From Thermoplasmata archaeon (GTDB lineage Archaea > Thermoplasmatota > Thermoplasmata > UBA10834): DNA of 64,000 nucleotides. The position numbers and the translations under genes are program-made. The stretch spans positions 717 to 64,716 of the forward strand of contig JAEHCM010000007.1 in the NCBI GenBank assembly GCA_020696365.1, read 5' to 3'. Shown piece after piece: positions 57,242-64,000 of the stretch (its first letter is position 1; the number at the start of each line of letters is the position of its first letter). The notes beneath the pieces are model-generated. The model had not been told where the DNA came from. It did not search any database and saw only the letters and a list, made by a program, of their open reading frames with translations.

Positions 57242-59431
57242 ATGTCGTCAACCACAGCACAGAATGACGGGACCGCGATGCCGCCCGCTCCTCAGATTGA
57301 TAAGACTGATCCATTCCCGACAACCGAAACCGACCCCTACCGCGTAGAGGCAACTGAGCGGTGTGGTTTCATAGTTGGTTTCTGGCTCCTCTTAGCGTTG
57401 TTGGCGGATTCACACATCTTCGGATTGGAAGCTACGCATGATTTGTCCCAGGTGTGGCAGGACGGAATCTGGATTGGCGTCTCTGGACTCGGAGCCCTGG
57501 TTTCCGCGTTCGTCACGATACGTCTGATGTCTGACCGCGAGCCTGGCAAGCCACCTCGTCATATCCCCGCTGTTGCGGGCCTTGTCATCTCGATTGCGAT
57601 GGTTGTGGTCTTGACGCTGGAGGAAACCCGGTTGATGATGGACCTATTCGCAATGGACCCTGGCGTCATTTGGTCGGCGACCAGACCTCTGTGGCTCTTT
57701 CCGTTATCCATTCTGGGCTTTTCCCTGCCGATGATCTCGCTGATCCTTGCAAGGGGAGGAGACAGGCGAGACGGCGTTCTTGGTGTGCTGTTCTCATGCG
57801 CTCCAATTGCGATGCTGTCGATACCCTTCCTGGGAGGCTTCGACAGCGCGGAGACCGCACGGTGGTTTCCGATGATTTACGGCGTGAGCGGGTTCGCGCT
57901 CATCCTGTCTGGGGTGAAGCTGCGCTCCGTACTTCAACAGGTGACCATCGCCCACGTGAACAAGTTGTCGAGTAGGGTGTTCATCGTGACGCTCTTGTTG
58001 GTTGGCAGCTTGATCTGGCGGAAGCTGTCCCCCGACCAGACGTTGTCGTCCTCGGTGGATGTCGTGTGGGTCGCTCCTCTTTTCGTGAACGCAGTGCTGT
58101 CTGCCCTGGTCCTGGCTGTGATATTCAACACACCATCGAAGGACCGGAATAGGTCGGCCGGGTTCCTGTTGAGCTACTCCGCTCTCACGTTGTCGGTGTA
58201 CCTGCTCTGCTTCTTGACCCTGGATTTCGTGAGCGGCACCCCGTTGCTGCCGAGGACCATGTGGTTCTATCCGTTGTCCCTTGCGGGAACGAGCTTTGTG
58301 ATGATATCCGTGACCCTGCTGGCGAGCGAGACCCAGAGGGACAAGATCGTCGGAATCCTGACCGCTGCGGTTCCCTGCGTTGCGACGACGGCCGTGGCCG
58401 TAGCGGCGTTCCTCTTCGCCGTTCCATTGACCGCAAGCTACTCAGTGCTCTCTGGCGGTACAGCACTCCTAGTTTACGTCGGATTCGCCGTGGCTATCTT
58501 CGCATGCGGCATGATTTTCGGCACTTACAGGACGACCCAGTGGCCCGTCGTCCGCGAGAGGCTCCGGCTACTGATCAATAGGACTTCCGTCGTGACGCGT
58601 CAGATCTTGAAGAACCCTATGGGATTGATCGGGATATCCATCCTCATCGCCTTCATAACCCTTGCATTCATCGGCCCGCACATTGCCCCGTACGAGGTCG
58701 ATATGACCCGCGACGGAACTTTCGACAGGCTACTGCCTCATTCTCCCGAGCACTGGATGGGGACCGACACCTTCGGACATGACATTTTCAGCGAGCTGCT
58801 GTACGGCGCGAGGACATCTATCACGGTGGGCATAGTCGCGGCGATAATATCGTCTGTCCTTGGAGCCGCCATAGGCCTCTACTCCGGCTACGCCGGAGGC
58901 TGGAAGGACGAGGTGATCATGAGGCTGAATGACATCGTTCTCTCAATCCCATGGCTTGTTCTCATGATAATCATAGCGGCCTTCATGGGCTCTATCGACC
59001 TGCTTGGAATCATACTCGTCATCGGTCTTACGGGCTGGTCTGGCACCGCTCGTTTAGTTAGGGCCCAGGTCCTTTCACTGAGGGAGAGGCAGTATGTGGA
59101 GAAGGCGAGAGCGATAGGATCCGGCGACCTACACATAATCCGGGCGCACATACTCCCAAACGCGTTCCCATTAGTTTTCGCAAACACCATCCTGACGGTC
59201 GCGATATCCATTCTCTCTGAGGCGACGCTCAGCTTCCTCGGGTTGAGGCCTTACGGAGTAGTGACGTGGGGGACGATGCTGTCCTATGCTCAGTCGTCGA
59301 ACGCGTTCACAATCGGTTTGCATTGGTGGATCATAGCCCCCGGTCTGTGCATAGTGCTCGTCGTCCTCGGGTTCACTCTCTTAGGGTACGCCCTTGACGA
59401 TGTCATGAACCCGAAACTCAGAAAACGGTGA
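57242..59431 (+). CDS. ABC transporter permease, OppC/DppC-like, with ~450-aa extra N-terminal polytopic domain
   Basis: ATG at 57242 preceded by GAGGGGTG. The C-terminal ~280 aa is canonical (ILKNPMGLIGISILIAFITLAFIGPHIAPY...). The N-terminal part has about 12 hydrophobic helices. Confidence 0.85.
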   Translation: MSSTTAQNDGTAMPPAPQIDKTDPFPTTETDPYRVEATERCGFIVGFWLLLALLADSHIFGLEATHDLSQVWQDGIWIGVSGLGALVSAFVTIRLMSDREPGKPPRHIPAVAGLVISIAMVVVLTLEETRLMMDLFAMDPGVIWSATRPLWLFPLSILGFSLPMISLILARGGDRRDGVLGVLFSCAPIAMLSIPFLGGFDSAETARWFPMIYGVSGFALILSGVKLRSVLQQVTIAHVNKLSSRVFIVTLLLVGSLIWRKLSPDQTLSSSVDVVWVAPLFVNAVLSALVLAVIFNTPSKDRNRSAGFLLSYSALTLSVYLLCFLTLDFVSGTPLLPRTMWFYPLSLAGTSFVMISVTLLASETQRDKIVGILTAAVPCVATTAVAVAAFLFAVPLTASYSVLSGGTALLVYVGFAVAIFACGMIFGTYRTTQWPVVRERLRLLINRTSVVTRQILKNPMGLIGISILIAFITLAFIGPHIAPYEVDMTRDGTFDRLLPHSPEHWMGTDTFGHDIFSELLYGARTSITVGIVAAIISSVLGAAIGLYSGYAGGWKDEVIMRLNDIVLSIPWLVLMIIIAAFMGSIDLLGIILVIGLTGWSGTARLVRAQVLSLRERQYVEKARAIGSGDLHIIRAHILPNAFPLVFANTILTVAISILSEATLSFLGLRPYGVVTWGTMLSYAQSSNAFTIGLHWWIIAPGLCIVLVVLGFTLLGYALDDVMNPKLRKR
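57683..57790 (+). repeat. internal protein-level repeat unit A in the OppC N-domain
   Basis: RPLWLFPLSILGFSLPMISLILARGGDRRDGVLGVL aligns with unit B 190 aa downstream (15 of 36 identical by eye). Confidence 0.6.
58253..58360 (+). repeat. internal protein-level repeat unit B in the OppC N-domain
   Basis: RTMWFYPLSLAGTSFVMISVTLLASETQRDKIVGIL. Confidence 0.6.
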
Positions 59432-59797
59432 CCGGTGAGCTTTTCCCGCTGGATCCCGCAACCGAGCGGAGGCCGTTTTACCTCCCGATGTCTCTCATCG
59501 CACAGACAGGATGGGCCAGACGTGTCGAAACAACGCCTTTCTTGTATCGAAAGTGGTTTATAGCGTGTCCGTGATTAGCTGTGACAGACCTTCTATGGGG
59601 GCATGGGGGGAGCCGATACGCGTTGTCCGAGATATCTCAACGGCGAGGCAATCGTTCAACAGCGATTGATTTCTAGCAGAGGAGCGAGCGTGCTGCGACC
59701 GGTTCTCTCCGATGGAGTGATGGGTCACGCCCTGGGAAGGGAGATCGACTGAATGGAATTGAATTGTTGAATTTCGAAATGAAAGGGGGATGAAATA

Positions 59798-62700
59798 ATG
59801 AATGGTGGAAAAGTAAGCAGGATGACAGCTATGGTCGCCTTGATGGTCGCTGTGCTCATGTTCGGAACGCCAGCCGCGTTCCTCGGAGGCATGGACGCTG
59901 ACCCGGTGGACGTGGCTTCAGCGGCAGACGGCACCAGACAGTTCAAGATCGGTGTCGTGGACATGACTGTGTCCACGCTCAACCCGAATACCTACACGAT
60001 GGTTGCCGAGGGAATGATAATCTTCCCATTGTACAGCTATCTGCTACAGTGGGATTCGGAAGGCGAGAATGTCATCGGTGACCTGGCATATGACTGGCAC
60101 ATCTCTCCCGACGGCCTCACATGGGAGTTTGACCTCGTCGAGACTGCCTATTTCGTCGATCCGAGGACTCCGACCGAGAGGGGTCCACAGGTGACGTCAG
60201 AGGATGTGGAATGGTCGATCCTTGCCGTCGCCTCGGATACCTCAAGCAGGCTCAACAGCTACTGGCCGGCTGGTATAATCGAGGACACGTGGACCGATGA
60301 TCCGTTCCACTTCGGCATCACCCTATCCGAGCCGTTCGTTCCCATGATGGATTCTGTGATGGGGAACCCGATCCTGCCCAAGTACTACTGGGAGAGCCAG
60401 GATTTCACCAACTTCGACAACGACCCCCCGATAGGCTCGGGACCGCTCTATTACGCGACGGCCGGTCTGCCGGATGAAGGCCTAGCGAGATTGGCAAGGA
60501 ACGAGTTCTGGCACGGTGAGACGAGCTACGGATGGCAACTCCACGTCGATGAGTTTCTGATGATTAGACAGGACGACGAAGGAACGTGCTGGTCGGCAGT
60601 CGTCGCCGGCGAAGTCGACGCGATGATGGGTGTGGACCCAGGCGTGTTCGTGAACGACCTTCCCACCCATGACCACCTCATGGGATTCCACCAGTCCAAC
60701 GGCTTCGTCTACGAGTTCAACCTCAACCAGATGACCGATGCGAACAGGAAGATATTCGGCGGCCCGTTGAACGCAGGCGAGAACAATCAGCTGCTCCTCA
60801 ACCTTAGCATCAAGACGGCGATGAGCATGGCCGTTGACAGGTACGATCTGATAGATGATGTGCTCTATGGCTACGGCGAATGGACGACGACCCTCGTGCC
60901 GTCCCAGAACCCGATGAGCCACAGCTATGGTCAAGACGGCCACGATTGTATCGGCGGTGGCGTGCTCGACCCTATTGATAGGGTGGCGGCAAGGGGATTG
61001 CTGTGGGATGCTGGCTGGAGGTACGACGGAGATGGGGTGCTCTACGATAGATCCGACTCCGCTTTCGCCACTGTCTGTCCTCTCTACAACGCGTCGAACA
61101 CCGATCCGGCAAGGGAGTCGTTGTCCTTCAACTTCATAACACTGGATACGGCTGACACCTGGCAGATCATGGCGAACAAGATCGTCGGGTGGTGCGAGGA
61201 CATCGGGGTCGAGTTGAAACTCACGATTGAGAGCGTGAACGAGATGAACACCGCTTGGTACGCTGCCGACTACGATGTCTGGCTGTGGGATTGGGTCTTT
61301 TTCCCATATGGCGAAGCTGCCTCTGGTGTTCTCGTCGTGTTGACCACCGATGCTATCGGAACGGACAGCGACATCTACATGTCTGACCTGGAGTTCGATG
61401 AGCTCTACGAGCAAGCGGTTAGGGAGATGGACTTCGATACCCGAGAGGAAATCCTGTACGATATGCAGGATATCGTCTACTTGAACCGTGGCTGTCAGGC
61501 TCTGGCGTTCAGAGAGGACCTCTATGCCTTCAACACGGGAAGCTGGGACAACTTCGGAGAACTCAATACGAGCTACTATCTCCTGCCCGATGTGTGGCCT
61601 ACGTGGTTGTGTATGCGGATGAATCCAACCGACAACGCAGCCCCGGTGATCTCAGGGCTGAGTGTGGACACCAACACTGGTGGTGTAGCTGATACCGGCA
61701 CGGCGGTAACCTTCACGGCGATAGCGAACGACGACTATCTGCCTCCGGAAGACCTTAACTACACATGGATAATGGGCTTCGGTGGCGAGAAGGTGGCGAC
61801 TGGCGCGACGGACACAATCGACTATACGTTCACCGCTGATGGAGTGTACACAGTCACCCTGGTCGTCGCTGAGACGGCCCCCGCGAACGGTCATGCGGAC
61901 TACTTCTCGTCATACATGACGTATGACATAACTGTGTACGACATGAGCAACAACGCCCCGCACAGCCTTGAGATCGTGATGGACCCTCTGGACCCTGATA
62001 CGGGAACAAGCGTGTCCTTCACCGGCGACGCGATCGATGACGAGGACGACGAGCTTTATTACTCCTGGGACTTCGGCGACGGCTCGACCGCCTCCGGACA
62101 GGTGGTCGAGCACCAGTTCGATGTTGAGGACTCGTATACCGTCACACTGTATGTTGACGACCACAGGTACGGCGCGGGTACAAGGCCCGCCACCGAGTCC
62201 ACACTGGTGGCCGTCGGCCCGAACCATGCACCGTCGATCTCCGTTCCTGATTTCGGAAGCAGAACCGTGAAGGATGAGACTACCTACACTGTCACGGCGA
62301 GCGATGCGGATCCACGCGACGAGATCTTGTATACTTGGGATTGGGGCGACGGAACGGATATGAGCGAGACGTTGACTCCATCGGCCACGCACACGTATGA
62401 TTGGAAAGGGAGCTACGTGGTGACGGTACATGCCGACGACCAGACCGGTCTGCCCGGCCACATCGCTTCAGATTCGGGGACCGTGTATGTCATAGGAACG
62501 AACAAGGCTCCTGTAGTCGCCACCTTCGGTGTGAACGACGCCAACCCGTTCGTCTATCAGACTGTCACTTTCTCAGCGACTGCGTTAGACGGTGACGGCG
62601 ACCCGTTGACGTTCACGTTCGAGTTCGGAGATGGCACCACTGCAGAGGAGAGCTTCGGAGCAACAGGCCCCAACGATATTGTGGCATGTAGCGTCGATAA

Positions 62701-64000
62701 GGAGTATACGACCGCGTCGACGTTCTCCGCATACGTGCACGTCTCTGACGGCATCGCTACGACGACCTCACTGGAGGTCAGCGTGACCGTGCAGGTCAAC
62801 GAGGCGCCGGTCATAGAATCGTTTGACCCATTGCCCTACTACGATACGGGTGTTCCGATGACCTTCTCCGTCGTCGCAATCGACTATGACGGCGACGATC
62901 TGACGTACACCTGGGACTGGGGAGATGGCACAACCGATGATGTGACGACCACGGCGACGACCACGCACACGTTCGCGGACTCGGACACGTACACCGTCTC
63001 TGTGACGGTGGATGATGGCAAGGGCCTCGAGGACGTTGCGAACGCGGATGTCACCGTCAACTGGGTGCCTTGGATCGAGTTCCCTCTGTCTCCAAGTACT
63101 ATAAACCAGGGAGATGAGTACACCTACTCGGTGACCGCGTCGGACAACGATACGGACTCCCTCACCATCATGTGGGACTTCGGCGACGGCACGGACTATG
63201 AATACGGCCCAAGCGTGACCCACACATATGCTAGCATTGACACATACACGTGCACGGTCTATGTTTGGGACGCCTTCTTGGAGTACCGGTTGACGCATAA
63301 TGTCTCGAGCGCCGCACTGATCACTGTGAAGGATCCGAGCGTGGATGCGCCACCGACCGTCAGTCCGATCGACGACATCTACGTCGTGGTCGATGAGGAG
63401 ATCGAGTTCTGGGTTTACGCGACCGACGACAACGCGGTCACTCTGACGATAACCTGGGACTTCGGCGACGGCTCAGACCTCGTGGTCGGTCAGCCTCCGA
63501 TGTATCACACGTATGTCGCAGATGGTGAGTACACCCTCAATGTATCGGTCTACGATGAGTCCGGAATTCCGGAGAACAATGTGTCCGTGGAGGCTACGGT
63601 GTATGTCGCCGCGGATTTGGTGCCCATCGCCGATGCTGGGGGCGACAGAGAAGTCGATGAGGACGTTGCGGTGTCCTTCACGGGCGCCGCCTCTACCGAC
63701 GATTTCTCCATCCCCACGGACGGATATGCGTGGACTGTGAACGACTATGACGGCATCCACACATACGACACGATGGAGTTCGAACATACTTTCGACATGC
63801 CTGGCGTGTGGACCGTGGAACTCGTCGTGACGGACAGCATCGGCCAGTTGTCCGATCCAGACGTGATCGAGGTGACCGTACTGGACGTGACGGACCCGAC
63901 CGCTGATGCAGGTGACGACCAGGAGGTCAATGTCGGTTCTATCGTGACATTCGATGGAACGGGAACGGACAATGTCGCGATCGTAAGCTACACGTGGACG
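59798..64000 (+). CDS. family-5 (Opp/Dpp-type) solute-binding protein fused to a tandem PKD array; 3' end beyond the window
   Basis: Not in ORF track (no stop). ATG at 59798 after AGGGGGA. MNGGKVSRMTAMVALMVAVLMFGTPAAFLGG..., SBP-like to about 61620, then PKD units. Frame continuity was checked at the W-D-x-G-D-G cores (62066, 62336, 62912, 63173, 63455, all the same phase as 59798). Confidence 0.85.
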   Translation, partial: MNGGKVSRMTAMVALMVAVLMFGTPAAFLGGMDADPVDVASAADGTRQFKIGVVDMTVSTLNPNTYTMVAEGMIIFPLYSYLLQWDSEGENVIGDLAYDWHISPDGLTWEFDLVETAYFVDPRTPTERGPQVTSEDVEWSILAVASDTSSRLNSYWPAGIIEDTWTDDPFHFGITLSEPFVPMMDSVMGNPILPKYYWESQDFTNFDNDPPIGSGPLYYATAGLPDEGLARLARNEFWHGETSYGWQLHVDEFLMIRQDDEGTCWSAVVAGEVDAMMGVDPGVFVNDLPTHDHLMGFHQSNGFVYEFNLNQMTDANRKIFGGPLNAGENNQLLLNLSIKTAMSMAVDRYDLIDDVLYGYGEWTTTLVPSQNPMSHSYGQDGHDCIGGGVLDPIDRVAARGLLWDAGWRYDGDGVLYDRSDSAFATVCPLYNASNTDPARESLSFNFITLDTADTWQIMANKIVGWCEDIGVELKLTIESVNEMNTAWYAADYDVWLWDWVFFPYGEAASGVLVVLTTDAIGTDSDIYMSDLEFDELYEQAVREMDFDTREEILYDMQDIVYLNRGCQALAFREDLYAFNTGSWDNFGELNTSYYLLPDVWPTWLCMRMNPTDNAAPVISGLSVDTNTGGVADTGTAVTFTAIANDDYLPPEDLNYTWIMGFGGEKVATGATDTIDYTFTADGVYTVTLVVAETAPANGHADYFSSYMTYDITVYDMSNNAPHSLEIVMDPLDPDTGTSVSFTGDAIDDEDDELYYSWDFGDGSTASGQVVEHQFDVEDSYTVTLYVDDHRYGAGTRPATESTLVAVGPNHAPSISVPDFGSRTVKDETTYTVTASDADPRDEILYTWDWGDGTDMSETLTPSATHTYDWKGSYVVTVHADDQTGLPGHIASDSGTVYVIGTNKAPVVATFGVNDANPFVYQTVTFSATALDGDGDPLTFTFEFGDGTTAEESFGATGPNDIVACSVDKEYTTASTFSAYVHVSDGIATTTSLEVSVTVQVNEAPVIESFDPLPYYDTGVPMTFSVVAIDYDGDDLTYTWDWGDGTTDDVTTTATTTHTFADSDTYTVSVTVDDGKGLEDVANADVTVNWVPWIEFPLSPSTINQGDEYTYSVTASDNDTDSLTIMWDFGDGTDYEYGPSVTHTYASIDTYTCTVYVWDAFLEYRLTHNVSSAALITVKDPSVDAPPTVSPIDDIYVVVDEEIEFWVYATDDNAVTLTITWDFGDGSDLVVGQPPMYHTYVADGEYTLNVSVYDESGIPENNVSVEATVYVAADLVPIADAGGDREVDEDVAVSFTGAASTDDFSIPTDGYAWTVNDYDGIHTYDTMEFEHTFDMPGVWTVELVVTDSIGQLSDPDVIEVTVLDVTDPTADAGDDQEVNVGSIVTFDGTGTDNVAIVSYTWT
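61630..64000 (+). repeat. tandem PKD-domain coding repeats (at least 9 units, ~280 nt period)
   Basis: Units are delimited by N-x-A-P linkers (DNAAPVI, SNNAPHS, PNHAPSI, TNKAPVV, VNEAPVI, VDAPPTV). Cores are A-x-D-x-D-G-D-x-L-T-[YF]-x-W-D-[FW]-G-D-G-T. The last two units are of the ADAGxD...FDGxxS type. Confidence 0.8.

Noticed and set aside
59468-59485. Hairpin GGAGG-ccgtttta-CCTCC after oppC as an intrinsic terminator
   Set aside because: The T-run is only 4 nt and sits in the loop rather than trailing the stem, and archaeal termination needs oligo-T. This was noted only as a weak hint that the SBP-PKD gene may have its own promoter (GTTTATAG near 59556).
61630-64000. Possible CRISPR-like or satellite periodicity (~280 nt)
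   Set aside because: The periodicity is protein-coding (PKD domains in one open frame). The units are diverged at the DNA level and there is no short identical direct repeat / spacer structure. No CRISPR array was seen anywhere in the window.

Overview
GC-rich archaeal chromosomal segment. It is euryarchaeal and most likely Thermoplasmata-related; this is inferred from gene order, a 16S gene unlinked to 23S, and the r-protein repertoire. Almost everything up to ~53.5 kb is housekeeping. Layout: (1) 1-16.6 kb, minus strand: cbf5-cmk-DUF106-secY, then the complete uL15...uL3 ribosomal-protein cluster with rnp1 and aIF1 embedded. (2) 17-26 kb: RaSEA-like radical SAM gene, DUF1931, tyrS, a DHH phosphoesterase, then the archaeal exosome/proteasome superoperon (pop5-psmA-SBDS-rrp4-rrp41-rrp42-eL43-rpoP-pcc1-pfdB). 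(3) 26-30 kb: two head-to-head FtsZ paralogues and a multi-zinc-finger protein. (4) 30-46 kb: metallophosphoesterases, nnr, srp19, tldD/pmbA, eS8, a presenilin-like protease, PhzF, aIF2beta-TRAM, a 1209-aa PAS/GAF histidine kinase, and pyrG. (5) 46-51 kb: a group-3b-type [NiFe] hydrogenase operon (hydBGDA plus maturation protease). (6) 51.2-52.7 kb: a stand-alone 16S rRNA; at 53.45 kb, an intron-containing tRNA-Ser(GCU). (7) 54-64 kb, the only accessory-looking part: a PKD-repeat glycoprotein, OppB/OppC-like permeases (OppC carries an internally duplicated extra membrane domain), and a family-5 solute-binding protein fused to at least 9 PKD repeats that runs off the window. This PKD/ABC cluster and the twin-FtsZ/zinc-finger locus are the best candidates for something undescribed. 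No defence system, CRISPR array or mobile element was seen. Several ORF-track calls needed correction: a hidden rpoP, GTG/TTG starts, and over-extended N-termini.
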